Part shown: in pieces, positions 9,520 to 18,377 of the stretch
Position numbering within the stretch: position 1 is the stretch's first letter
Layout: the number at the start of each line of letters is the position of its first letter
From: a virus
Taxonomy: Duplodnaviria > Heunggongvirae > Uroviricota > Caudoviricetes
DNA length: 39,059 nucleotides
Virus record (IMG/VR): IMGVR_UViG_3300028888_000058
Coordinates: 1-39,059 of that record
Reading direction: 5' to 3' (one strand)
The notes under the pieces: generated by a model
What the model was told of the DNA's origin: nothing
What the model saw: only the letters and a program-made list of their open reading frames with translations
Databases searched by the model: none
Position numbers and translations under genes: made by a program

Positions 9520-10968
9520 ATGAGTAAATTCAATTCCACAAAGAAGAGTACTGATTTGAAAAAGAATCAGATTAGTGTTGGTGAAATCGCAGGCCGCGTT
9601 ACAAACGCTGCAGCTGCACAGTCAAACATCCAATTACTTCGTAGAGCAGTTCTTGCTAACTTGCTTTGGGAGAACATTGCATATATGGATGGTCAGAAGG
9701 TTGTAGATGAGATTGTTCGTCTTGTACCTATCTGTGATCCAAAGGATGTTGCAAATCTTACAATTGAGGCTCGTGTTATGCAGAAGCTTCGTCATACACC
9801 TTTGTTCCTTGCTGTTCAGATGTGTAAGCATGAAGAGACACGTCCTTATGTTAAGGATGTACTTCCAAAAATTATCACTCGTGCCGACATGTTAACAGAC
9901 TTTATGGCACTTTATTGGATGGATGGTAAATGTCCTATCTGTAATGCTGCTAAGAAGGGTCTTGCTGAGGCATTCCATAACTTTAAGGAGTACCACTTTG
10001 CAAAGTATGACCGTGATGCTGAAATTAAGCTTCGTGATGTAATGTTCATGGTTCGTCCAAAGCCAACAACACAGCTTGAGGCAGTTCTTTATAAGAAGAT
10101 TGCTGACCGTACACTTGAGACACCAGAGACTTGGGAGGTATTACTTTCAAATGCTCACACAAACGAAGAGAAATCTGCTGTTTGGGAGAAGCTTATCAAT
10201 GAGGGTAAGATTGGTGGTAAGGCTATGCTTATGAACCTTCGTAACATGCAGACTGCTGGTGTACCACGTCCAGTTATTGAGAAGGGTCTTAAAGAGCTTA
10301 AGGGCGCAATGCTACTTCCACTTGACTTCTTAAAGGCAATGCGTATGTGTTCTGGTTTCGACCGCGAAATTGAGGATGCTATGCTTAAGACTTACGAGAA
10401 TCTACCTAAGCTTCCAGGTAAGACATTGTTTATCGTAGACGTTTCAGGTTCTATGGGTTCAATCACAAGTTCAGGTTCAATATTCAGCCGTATGGACCAG
10501 GCTGCTGCGATGGCGATGCTTGCGGCTAACCAGTGTGAGGACTTCGAGCTTGTATGTACAGCTGGTGATGACTGGTCACGTACAGAGAGACATGAATACA
10601 TTAAGTATCCTTCTAAGGGATTTAAGATGTTCCAGGACATCAATTCTATGTACCATAAGTTAGGCGGTGGTGGTATCTTTACATATCAGTGTATTGAGAA
10701 ACTTCGTAAGCAACTTGGTGACAAGATTCATGATTATGCTCGTATAATCGTATTCTCAGACTCACAGGATATCGATGTATCACACGGTAGCACAAATAAG
10801 CCACGTCCATTTGGTAAGTACAACTACATTTGTGACGTATCTGCTCATACTCACGGTATTAACTATAAGGGTGTATGGACTGCTGAGATCTCAGGTTGGT
10901 CAGAGCACTTCTTAACTTATATCGCTGCATTTGAAGGTATTGAGAATCAGTTCGCTGATTTGAACTAA
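9520..10968 (+). CDS. TROVE/vWA domain RNA-binding protein (Ro60/Rsr family)
   Basis: LRRAVLANLLWE, LRHTPL, FAKYDR, TPETWEV, LMNLRNM, vWA MIDAS IVDVSGSM and VFSDSQ; AAGGAG SD upstream. Confidence 0.92.
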   Translation: MSKFNSTKKSTDLKKNQISVGEIAGRVTNAAAAQSNIQLLRRAVLANLLWENIAYMDGQKVVDEIVRLVPICDPKDVANLTIEARVMQKLRHTPLFLAVQMCKHEETRPYVKDVLPKIITRADMLTDFMALYWMDGKCPICNAAKKGLAEAFHNFKEYHFAKYDRDAEIKLRDVMFMVRPKPTTQLEAVLYKKIADRTLETPETWEVLLSNAHTNEEKSAVWEKLINEGKIGGKAMLMNLRNMQTAGVPRPVIEKGLKELKGAMLLPLDFLKAMRMCSGFDREIEDAMLKTYENLPKLPGKTLFIVDVSGSMGSITSSGSIFSRMDQAAAMAMLAANQCEDFELVCTAGDDWSRTERHEYIKYPSKGFKMFQDINSMYHKLGGGGIFTYQCIEKLRKQLGDKIHDYARIIVFSDSQDIDVSHGSTNKPRPFGKYNYICDVSAHTHGINYKGVWTAEISGWSEHFLTYIAAFEGIENQFADLN

Positions 10969-10976
10969 TATACAAT

Positions 10977-11010
10977 TTGGGAATATACTTTATAGTATGT
11001 TCCCAAGTTT
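10977..11010 (+). terminator. Terminator hairpin after TROVE gene
   Basis: ttgggaatatact-ttat-agtatgttcccaa, 13-bp stem with one G-U. Confidence 0.75.
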
Positions 11011-11042
11011 CATTAATATAATGTTAATAATTTAAAAACTAT

Positions 11043-11345
11043 ATGAATATGGAAATGGCACAAATTATTTGGTTGATTATTTGCGGTGTTGTAATTATCG
11101 CTGGTTTTTGGCTTGGTTCTTATTACTTGAGTGAATGGAAGGATGCTTGTATTGATTATGCAAAGTATACTGCTAAGTCAGCAGTAAATTTGAAGAAGAA
11201 AAATGATGATAATTTGGTTGATACATATGAGTCAGAAATTGCTAAGAATTTGGTTCAGAAACAAATTTGCTTGCCAATTTGGTCTACAAGTTTTATTCTT
11301 GTTGTAGTATTTCTTGGAATTGTAGCATTCACATTATTTAAATAA
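11043..11345 (+). CDS. Hypothetical membrane protein, two TM segments
   Basis: Hydrophobic stretches at both termini. Confidence 0.75.
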   Translation: MNMEMAQIIWLIICGVVIIAGFWLGSYYLSEWKDACIDYAKYTAKSAVNLKKKNDDNLVDTYESEIAKNLVQKQICLPIWSTSFILVVVFLGIVAFTLFK

Positions 11346-11347
11346 TT

Positions 11348-11977
11348 ATGAATAAAATTGATATTGAAAACATTAATAAAGAATTAGCTAAGCGTAAAGC
11401 TGCTAATTATGAATGGAAAGATGGTGGCGAAATGACTAAGGACGATATTATGCTTCGCACCACGAATGAGTTAAATGAACTTGTTAAGGATTTTGAAACT
11501 AAAAAACAAAACAGTATTTCAGAAAATATTCATAAATTAGTTGATGATATATTCAAGAAGTATGCAGAAGATGTCGATTGTGTTGATAATATGATTCCAT
11601 TATCATGTGCATATAGACCTGAATATAGACTTTATGGAGATACCGGTATTGAAGTATATAGTTCAGTAATGTTTAGCGATATAGATGGCTATAACGATAA
11701 TCCACACGTTAAACCAATTGCTCGTAATTGGTGCGAAGAAGATGAACGTTGGCAAAGTTATGCTAATGATTTAGATAATTTGGTTGATGAAATATCTAAA
11801 ACTAATGTTCCTTGTGCAGCAGAACATTGGAAAGATAATGGTGAAGTATTAAATGAATACTGGTATGGTGTTATTGCTATAACAAGAGATTATAAAATTG
11901 TAGGATTTGAAATGCGAGATGATGGTTTACCGCAAGATTCCAATAAATTGAATTATCCTTGCATAATGACTGTTTAA
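11348..11977 (+). CDS. Hypothetical protein
   Basis: 209-aa ORF. Confidence 0.85.
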   Translation: MNKIDIENINKELAKRKAANYEWKDGGEMTKDDIMLRTTNELNELVKDFETKKQNSISENIHKLVDDIFKKYAEDVDCVDNMIPLSCAYRPEYRLYGDTGIEVYSSVMFSDIDGYNDNPHVKPIARNWCEEDERWQSYANDLDNLVDEISKTNVPCAAEHWKDNGEVLNEYWYGVIAITRDYKIVGFEMRDDGLPQDSNKLNYPCIMTV

Positions 11978-12029
11978 GAATTATTTATATAAATTTTGAA
12001 TTAAAATAATTTTACAATCTATATTATAT

Positions 12030-12123
12030 TGTAATTAGTTTTATTGAAGCCGGTTTCTTAATATATAGAAGCGACAGTCGGGCATTATTTTTTACTTAGG
12101 TAGAAAATATGTCCGATTTTTTT
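12030..12123 (+). ncRNA. Candidate ~90-nt small RNA
   Basis: Promoter-like tttgaa 11995 / tatatt 12020 upstream; hairpin 12053-12072; long stem 12077-12117 with U tract; no ORF. Confidence 0.4.
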
Positions 12124-12149
12124 GTCTTATAAATATATCAAATTTAATT

Positions 12150-12482
12150 ATGAACGAATCAAATATTCTTGATTATACACGCAATCTTTTCGGTAATAGC
12201 ACAGGAGATTTTTATTCTTTTAGAAATAAGAATAAGCGTTCTAATATTACAATTGTAAAAAAATCTAATATTAGTATTGGTTTTACTAAAGAACAATTAA
12301 ATAAGATTGTTGCTGCTGCAAATGGAAAAAGAATAAGTTTTATAATTGGTGATAATACATATTATTATTCTAAAGAAACTAGATTTGATGATGAATTAAT
12401 ATTTTTTTATGAAAGTTCATATGAATCGACATACATTTATCCATTACAAATGATTAGTTATATTAGAATATATGATAAATAA
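12150..12482 (+). CDS. Hypothetical protein
   Basis: 110-aa ORF; TATAAATA at 12128-12135. Confidence 0.75.
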   Translation: MNESNILDYTRNLFGNSTGDFYSFRNKNKRSNITIVKKSNISIGFTKEQLNKIVAAANGKRISFIIGDNTYYYSKETRFDDELIFFYESSYESTYIYPLQMISYIRIYDK

Positions 12483-12502
12483 AAATATATAAATTTTAAA
12501 TT

Positions 12503-12616
12503 ATGGAAAATTTTAAAGAAATAATTAAATTTAATTGGGAAGAAAATATACATCCTTCACGAGCGAGAATTGGAACTATGTATTGTTTTAAATTATGTGA
12601 AATTTGGAAAAACTAA
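12503..12616 (+). CDS. Hypothetical small protein (37 aa)
   Basis: MENFKEIIKFNWEE...; fills gap. Confidence 0.45.
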   Translation: MENFKEIIKFNWEENIHPSRARIGTMYCFKLCEIWKN

Positions 12617-12635
12617 ATATATTTAATTTAAGATT

Positions 12636-12743
12636 ATGAGTAATGACGATTATGAAAGAGCTAAAAGATGGCATGAATTCTATTTTGGAAAAAATTATGA
12701 TCCATATAAAAGAGGAGCATTATCAGATAAATCAAAATATTAA
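12636..12743 (+). CDS. Hypothetical small protein (35 aa)
   Basis: MSNDDYERAKRWHEF...; fills gap. Confidence 0.5.
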   Translation: MSNDDYERAKRWHEFYFGKNYDPYKRGALSDKSKY

Positions 12744-12745
12744 TT

Positions 12746-12955
12746 ATGGGATGGCATCAAAAATGTGAATATGCAAACAAATGCCCTTATGGGAGCAACA
12801 CAGAACCTGGTACGTGTGGTTATACATCGTGCCGTAGAGAAACTATTTTGAATAACGTAAAAGATGGTAGTTTTACCTCTTTGGAAGTTCTTGAAAGTAC
12901 TGGGCAAATCTCTAAAAAAGAGGCATATCGTTTATATAGAAAATATATAATATAA
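12746..12955 (+). CDS. Hypothetical Cys-containing small protein
   Basis: 69-aa ORF with CxxxxxC / CxxxxC spacing. Confidence 0.7.
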   Translation: MGWHQKCEYANKCPYGSNTEPGTCGYTSCRRETILNNVKDGSFTSLEVLESTGQISKKEAYRLYRKYII

Positions 12956-12970
12956 TAGTGTATTAATATT

Positions 12971-13105
12971 ATGACTTTAGATGAAGCTATTGAACATTGT
13001 TATGAAATAGTCAATAATAAATGTAAAAACTATGAATGTCGTATGGATCACAAACAGTTAGCAAAATGGTTGACTGAACTTAAAAAATATAGGGAAGCAT
13101 TATAG
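12971..13105 (+). CDS. Hypothetical phage protein (44 aa, not in ORF track)
   Basis: MTLDEAIEHC...HKQLAKWLTELKKYR, a recurrent phage motif (recalled); ends in TAG inside terminator. Confidence 0.7.
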   Translation: MTLDEAIEHCYEIVNNKCKNYECRMDHKQLAKWLTELKKYREAL

Positions 13106-13112
13106 CTTCCCT
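13091..13112. terminator. Bidirectional terminator between convergent genes
   Basis: agggaagc-attata-gcttccct. Confidence 0.8.
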
Positions 13113-13115
13113 TAT

Positions 13116-13667
13116 TTATTTACCCATTATTTCATTATATTTTTTTAGGTCTTCTTCATCAGCTTTATAATAAGGTTCCCAGATTTTCATTCGTATATCT
13201 TCAAGTTTTGCAAGTTCTGGTTGTATTTTCTTAATCTTATTTTTTAATTGTTCAATTTCATCAGATATCTTATTGAACTGTTCTCCATATTCTTGAGCTT
13301 TTTCTTCACCTTCTTTAAATTTGCCATCTGCATAAAGACCACCAACTTCTTCATCTTGGTCAATTTGTAATTGTCTATAATTACGTTTAGCATCTTTAAG
13401 ATCCTGTTCGTAACCCCAAAGTTCATCTTCAAGTTTTTCTATCTTTTTATTGATATCTTTTTCTTGGTCTTTACATTTATTATATAACTGACGAACTTTT
13501 TCATGGTTCTTTTCATAAGTTTCCCATTTAAGTTTTTCAAGTTCAGGATCTGGATCATCTACCCAAAGAGTTACGATTTCACCAGTATCTTCATCAACGA
13601 AATCTTCATAATGGCCGTTTTTGCCATCTTTTTCTGATTCTAATATGTATTGTTTAAAATCTTTCAT
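13116..13667 (-). CDS. Coiled-coil protein with capsid-targeting-like leader and RpoB-like peptide; putative head-internal protein
   Basis: MKDFKQYILE|S leader; EDFVDEDTGEIVT; long heptad repeats. Confidence 0.85.
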   Translation of the reverse strand: MKDFKQYILESEKDGKNGHYEDFVDEDTGEIVTLWVDDPDPELEKLKWETYEKNHEKVRQLYNKCKDQEKDINKKIEKLEDELWGYEQDLKDAKRNYRQLQIDQDEEVGGLYADGKFKEGEEKAQEYGEQFNKISDEIEQLKNKIKKIQPELAKLEDIRMKIWEPYYKADEEDLKKYNEIMGK

Positions 13668-13669
13668 TA

Positions 13670-13933
13670 TTAATGTGTTGATTTATTTTTAACATCAAAA
13701 TAATCTTTCATATCCCAAATAAATTGATTAGTATCAATATTATAACCTTTCTTTTGAAGTTTTTCTATTTCTGTAAATATGTCATCAAATAATTTTTTAA
13801 CATATTCACTATATTGAATATTAAGATTTTCCAATTGTGATAAATCACCTGCTATTTTACGAGCAATATCTTTTGTTATTGCTTTATCTAAATTCTTTTT
13901 AGATTCATTTAGTATTGTTATTAAATCTTTCAT
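13670..13933 (-). CDS. Small protein with capsid-targeting-like leader
   Basis: MKDLITILNE|S leader; TATAAATA 13 nt upstream on minus strand (13947-13954). Confidence 0.8.
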   Translation of the reverse strand: MKDLITILNESKKNLDKAITKDIARKIAGDLSQLENLNIQYSEYVKKLFDDIFTEIEKLQKKGYNIDTNQFIWDMKDYFDVKNKSTH

Positions 13934-13985
13934 ATTGACTATTTTATATTTATATATTAAAAATAATATTTTATACTAAATGAAA

Positions 13986-14014
13986 ATTGAATATAATTTA
14001 ATAATTTCTATATT
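13986..14014 (+). promoter_or_regulatory. Putative early promoter
   Basis: attgaa 13986-13991, N17, tatatt 14009-14014. Confidence 0.65.
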
Positions 14015-14044
14015 ATTAATGGAACAATAACAAACTTGAGAAAC

Positions 14045-14254
14045 ATGAACAATATTACAAAAACAGTTAAAGATGTACGAGAATTCTTTACAAAAGGAAT
14101 GAAAAATATTTGGGGAACTTTGACTCCAGATGATCGTAAAGATAATGATGTTTATTGCCGTGACATACATGGTAATCTTTATAAGGTAATTGGATTTGAA
14201 GATGATAAAGAAAACAATAGAGGAATTATTAAAGTAGAACGTATATATGATTAA
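14045..14254 (+). CDS. Hypothetical protein
   Basis: ATG 14045 preferred over TTG 14036. Confidence 0.7.
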   Translation: MNNITKTVKDVREFFTKGMKNIWGTLTPDDRKDNDVYCRDIHGNLYKVIGFEDDKENNRGIIKVERIYD

Positions 14255-14669
14255 AGATTTTATTATTGCTTATATTAAAGCATACAAAGAAGTTAATGCA
14301 GAAAGACTTAAAGCAAAAGAATGCATTAATGATGCTAAGGAAATGAAAAAAACTTGGGAAGAAAAACAAGAAAAATTAAAAACAGTATTAAGATATCTTG
14401 GTGATTTATATTTGTCATTACCGAAAGAACCTCGTAAGAATTGCGTACAAGGTACTATTGATCTTTTCCAATATGGTATTGGTGTTCCTTATAATAATAG
14501 GAAAGATGGACTTATTAAGTTATATCAAGAAAATATAATTTATTATATTGATATATATCTTAAGTACGCTAAGAAAGATTATAAGAAAAACAATTATAAT
14601 AAAGTTATTAAAGACTATGATGACTTAATTGAAAACGTCAAAAAACAACTAAAATTTTGGGATACATAA
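14247..14669 (+). CDS. Hypothetical protein
   Basis: 140-aa ORF, overlapping operon packing. Confidence 0.8.
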   Translation: MIKDFIIAYIKAYKEVNAERLKAKECINDAKEMKKTWEEKQEKLKTVLRYLGDLYLSLPKEPRKNCVQGTIDLFQYGIGVPYNNRKDGLIKLYQENIIYYIDIYLKYAKKDYKKNNYNKVIKDYDDLIENVKKQLKFWDT

Positions 14670-15295
14670 TGAGTGCAAGAGAAAAGAAAATAACATTATA
14701 TAGCAGAAATGGTATTAAGATTGAACGATACGATAATCTTTTAAAGAAAGGATATTTGTTTCATCATGGTAGTACTTCACAAGTTATTGAAAGAGTTTCA
14801 ATTGAATCTAAAGGAAAAATTATTAGAACAGGAAAACGTGATTATTCAATTAAGAAAAAATCACCATTAGGATTCTATTACTTTACTCCTTCACATTATT
14901 CAAGAGTAGAATTTCAAACAGAAAAAAGTATATGTGCATCTTTTAAGACAATATCATTTCAACTTAATGATAAAAGATATTATTTTGAATATCCTACAAA
15001 ATATAAAGATGTAGGAATAGGAATTGAAACTAGACCTTGGGATATTCTTCCAGGATATAAAGGAATATTTGATCATTTTATAACAGATCTTTATAAAGAA
15101 TTAAATAAGTTCTTTGACCTTATTGAAGACAATAATAAAATACTTAAAGCTGATAATTTGCAAAGATTAAAAAACGAAACATATAGAGACATATTTGGTG
15201 ATCCTAAAGGTCCATCTACAAATTATAATGACATTAAAATATTATCACATGGATTTGATTTAAAAGAATCATTTAGAAAAAGAAAAGAAAATTAA
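14657..15295 (+). CDS. Hypothetical basic protein
   Basis: 212-aa ORF; start could be ATG 14669. Confidence 0.8.
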   Translation: MGYIMSAREKKITLYSRNGIKIERYDNLLKKGYLFHHGSTSQVIERVSIESKGKIIRTGKRDYSIKKKSPLGFYYFTPSHYSRVEFQTEKSICASFKTISFQLNDKRYYFEYPTKYKDVGIGIETRPWDILPGYKGIFDHFITDLYKELNKFFDLIEDNNKILKADNLQRLKNETYRDIFGDPKGPSTNYNDIKILSHGFDLKESFRKRKEN

Positions 15296-15297
15296 TT

Positions 15298-15519
15298 ATG
15301 ATAACAGCAGATGAAGCATTAAAAATTTCCATATATAATCACATGGAAATTCTTGAAAGAAAAATAAAAGAAGCAGCAGAAAAAGGTCAAAGAAAAGTAT
15401 CTTTAAAAGGTTGTATTAGAATATCATCAGAAGAAGAAAGAATATTACAAGATAATGGATTTAAGATAACAATTGGACATTGTGGAAAAGGTGGTGAATT
15501 TGATATTATAAATTGGTGA
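15298..15519 (+). CDS. Hypothetical phage protein
   Basis: 73-aa ORF. Confidence 0.75.
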   Translation: MITADEALKISIYNHMEILERKIKEAAEKGQRKVSLKGCIRISSEEERILQDNGFKITIGHCGKGGEFDIINW

Positions 15520-15520
15520 A

Positions 15521-16219
15521 ATGATAAGTGGACATAGTACATATTGGCAAATAAAAGAAAGACCGTATCCATCAAAACGATATGTATTGATATTTGATAA
15601 ATATCGTAATTATGATGGCAAGAATCCTTCTATAACTGAATATGATAGTTTAGATGAACTTCATGAAGAGACTAAACTATTGAATGAATATTATAAAGAT
15701 ACCCCACGTCCTGTTGTTGAAAAGAAAAGATATCATGCAGCAACATCATATAGTTTTTCTGGTGATGCTTATTTTTGGGGATATATTGTTTTGGATTTTG
15801 AAACACAAAAAATAATTGAATCTGGAAATGATGGCATCAATATTCATTATCAATCTGGATATAAGAAAATAAAAGGAAAGTCTATAAGTAACGATATAAA
15901 AGATTTCTTCTTCAGGAAAGATGACGAGATTCCAAAAGGTTATCGTTGGGACTATGGAGAATATGAAGGTTGGCTTCAATATAGATGGGGTGATGGCAAG
16001 AATGCTATAGGATATGCTGGTGAACCTAAAATAAAAAATAAGAATAAAGATATTGAAGAAGATTATGAGGGTAATTTTGAAGGTTATTTACCATGTACAT
16101 TAGAAGAAGAATTATCAGTATCTGAATATAGAAACTCATTAGATAAAAAAGAAACAACATCTTCGATAGCTGATATGCTTGGAGAAGACAATCCATTACT
16201 TAAATTAAAATTTGATTAA
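15521..16219 (+). CDS. Hypothetical protein
   Basis: 232-aa ORF. Confidence 0.85.
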   Translation: MISGHSTYWQIKERPYPSKRYVLIFDKYRNYDGKNPSITEYDSLDELHEETKLLNEYYKDTPRPVVEKKRYHAATSYSFSGDAYFWGYIVLDFETQKIIESGNDGINIHYQSGYKKIKGKSISNDIKDFFFRKDDEIPKGYRWDYGEYEGWLQYRWGDGKNAIGYAGEPKIKNKNKDIEEDYEGNFEGYLPCTLEEELSVSEYRNSLDKKETTSSIADMLGEDNPLLKLKFD

Positions 16220-16454
16220 GAATATGAGTAACTTATATGGATGTGGTAATTTTGAAACAACTGAAGGTGGCATAATAGCTATGATTTCAGTTTTAGCAAT
16301 ATTTTATTATATTCTAAATTATAATCCTACTTGGGAATTTGGTATTATACTTATACTTTGTTTTTGTTTAGGATTCCTTTGTGATTTATTTGGAGTTCTA
16401 TTACATAATGTATTAATTTATATTTGGAAAACATTAAAAAAGATATTCAAATGA
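16212..16454 (+). CDS. Hypothetical membrane protein
   Basis: Two hydrophobic segments; true start may be ATG 16224. Confidence 0.7.
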   Translation: MIKNMSNLYGCGNFETTEGGIIAMISVLAIFYYILNYNPTWEFGIILILCFCLGFLCDLFGVLLHNVLIYIWKTLKKIFK

Positions 16455-16582
16455 CAAAGAAAGAATGGAAAGAAGTAACTAAGAAAATGATTGAATCTTT
16501 TCCTACGGATACTTTAGCAACTGGTAAATTAGAAGATAAAGTTATCGTTAAATTATTAATGAGATTTTATAAAGCTTTATGA
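16451..16582 (+). CDS. Hypothetical small protein (43 aa)
   Basis: ATGA-coupled at both ends. Confidence 0.6.
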   Translation: MTKKEWKEVTKKMIESFPTDTLATGKLEDKVIVKLLMRFYKAL

Positions 16583-16659
16583 TTATATTATACATTATAA
16601 TTTGTATTCTAACATTTTTTATTGGGTTCTTATTAGGAAGAAGAATACAGAAAAATTAG
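16579..16659 (+). CDS. Small single-pass membrane peptide (26 aa)
   Basis: MIILYIIICILTFFIGFLLGRRIQKN*; TAG stop. Confidence 0.5.
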   Translation: MIILYIIICILTFFIGFLLGRRIQKN

Positions 16660-16685
16660 AAAAGAAGTTTTAGAACATTATTAAT

Positions 16686-16823
16686 ATGAAAAATACTGTA
16701 CTTTGGCGACGACATATTCCTGATAGTATTTTTGAAGAGTGTATTTGGTGTGATGATGATCCAGAACTTTGGGAACATTCAGTTGATGGACAATTAGATA
16801 TTTTATTTTGGAGTAAATTATAA
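16686..16823 (+). CDS. Hypothetical small protein (45 aa)
   Basis: MKNTVLWRRHIPDSIFEECIW... Confidence 0.55.
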   Translation: MKNTVLWRRHIPDSIFEECIWCDDDPELWEHSVDGQLDILFWSKL

Positions 16824-16844
16824 GTATATTTGATAAGATACAAT

Positions 16845-17774
16845 ATGATACTTAGTATTGATTTTAGAACAGATATTCCAGCATTTTATTCTGACTGGTT
16901 AATTAATAGATTTAATGAAGGATTTGTAATGTTTAGAAATCCTGCTGCCCCTAATATGGTTCATAAGATCATATTAGACAATAAGCATATAGAAGGAATT
17001 ATGTGGTGTTCAAAAGATTATCTTCCAATACTTCATGACTTAAAGAATATCACAGATAAATTTCCAAGTATATTTCATTACACAATAACAGGCTACGGAA
17101 AAGATATTGAACCTGGAGTACCAAGTTTTGAACAATCTATTTATACATTCAAAGAACTTTCTCAAAGATATGGAAAAGAAAAAGTAATATGGAGATTTGA
17201 CCCTATCTTTTATTGTAAAGACTTTGAAGAAGTTCAGACACTTGAAAGATTTGAAAATATATGCAAAGAGTTACATAATTATACAGATAGAGTTGTAGTC
17301 AATTTTGTATCTCCTTATGAAAAAGTCAAAAGACATTTACCAGAGATGATTGAACTTAATAATATTCAAAAGAAAGTTCTTATAATGAATATGCTTGATA
17401 TTTGCAATAGATATGATTTCAAATTACAGACATGTGGTAATGGTTTACAATTCAAAGATTTAGAAGGTGTTGAAGTTACAGGATGCCTCGATGAACATGC
17501 TTTGAATTTAATGGGAATCTATCCTAAGCAAAATAGAACAGAAATGGCATGGGGATGCTTATGTTATCCAAATACGTGCATAGGTGTTTATAATACTTGT
17601 CTTCATAAATGCAAATATTGTTATGCATCAGCAGATTTTGATAAATGTGATGAGAACTTTAAAATACATGATCCAAAGTCTCCATTATTGATTAGCAATA
17701 TAAAACCAACTGATACAATAATTGAAATGAAGCCTAAATTATTAAATACAAATCAACTTAAATTGAATTTTTAA
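16845..17774 (+). CDS. DUF1848-family radical-SAM-like protein (spore-photoproduct-lyase related)
   Basis: RTDIPAFYSDWL, YTITGYGKDIEPGVP, VIWRFDPI, C-terminal GVYNTCLHKCKYCYA (CX3CX2C); ATG 16845 preferred. Confidence 0.88.
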   Translation: MILSIDFRTDIPAFYSDWLINRFNEGFVMFRNPAAPNMVHKIILDNKHIEGIMWCSKDYLPILHDLKNITDKFPSIFHYTITGYGKDIEPGVPSFEQSIYTFKELSQRYGKEKVIWRFDPIFYCKDFEEVQTLERFENICKELHNYTDRVVVNFVSPYEKVKRHLPEMIELNNIQKKVLIMNMLDICNRYDFKLQTCGNGLQFKDLEGVEVTGCLDEHALNLMGIYPKQNRTEMAWGCLCYPNTCIGVYNTCLHKCKYCYASADFDKCDENFKIHDPKSPLLISNIKPTDTIIEMKPKLLNTNQLKLNF

Positions 17775-17790
17775 AATAATATTCTATTTT
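17762..17790 (+). promoter_or_regulatory. Putative early promoter
   Basis: attgaa 17762-17767, N17, tatttt 17785-17790. Confidence 0.55.
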
Positions 17791-17815
17791 ATATATTATA
17801 AACAAATAATGTATT

Positions 17816-18043
17816 ATGAAGATATTTAATTTTAACAAATCAATTACTGTTTATTTATGTGTTAATAAGAATGGATCTATAGGATTGCATTCAATAGAAC
17901 CAACTCGTGATGAGAACCGTGGAATGTGGATATCTAAAATGCCATTTTGTAATTCTCTTGCATATAACCAACTTGTAAGCTTGGTTGAGAAATCTAATTT
18001 GACTTGGAACAATGATCCAGAACCTATAACTTTAAATATATAG
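17816..18043 (+). CDS. Hypothetical protein
   Basis: 75-aa ORF, one of few TAG stops. Confidence 0.75.
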   Translation: MKIFNFNKSITVYLCVNKNGSIGLHSIEPTRDENRGMWISKMPFCNSLAYNQLVSLVEKSNLTWNNDPEPITLNI

Positions 18044-18049
18044 CATTTA

Positions 18050-18142
18050 ATGTCTTTCTAATGCGGTTATATTGTTTTAATATATAATTTTATTATTTAA
18101 GATATATACCGCATTAGAAAGACATCTAGAACTATCTAGATG
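18050..18142. repeat. Perfect 18-bp inverted repeat with 40-bp AT spacer, plus adjacent 8-bp palindrome
   Basis: atgtctttctaatgcggt 18050-18067 / accgcattagaaagacat 18108-18125; catctaga-acta-tctagatg 18123-18142. Confidence 0.9.
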
Positions 18143-18179
18143 AAATATTTAATAGATATATAAATAAAATATTTTTACA

Positions 18180-18377
18180 ATGATTTTAGAAGCTTACGAT
18201 AAATTTGAATATAAATATGTAAAATTATCTACATCTATAAAATCTTCTGTAGATGATTTGAATTCTTATGGTAATGAAGGGTGGGAAATCGTTAAATTCT
18301 TTGAACCACGTAATGCTTTAGTTGGAGATACATTTGCTGCATTATTAAAACGTAAAATAACCAGAACAGAAGTATGA
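18180..18377 (+). CDS. DUF4177-like small protein
   Basis: FEYKYV...DDLNSYGNEGWEIV...LLKR pattern; TATAAATA at 18159-18166. Confidence 0.7.
   Translation: MILEAYDKFEYKYVKLSTSIKSSVDDLNSYGNEGWEIVKFFEPRNALVGDTFAALLKRKITRTEV

Noticed and set aside
18050-18125. IS element with terminal inverted repeats
   Set aside because: No transposase nearby and no clear target-site duplication; kept only as an unexplained IR
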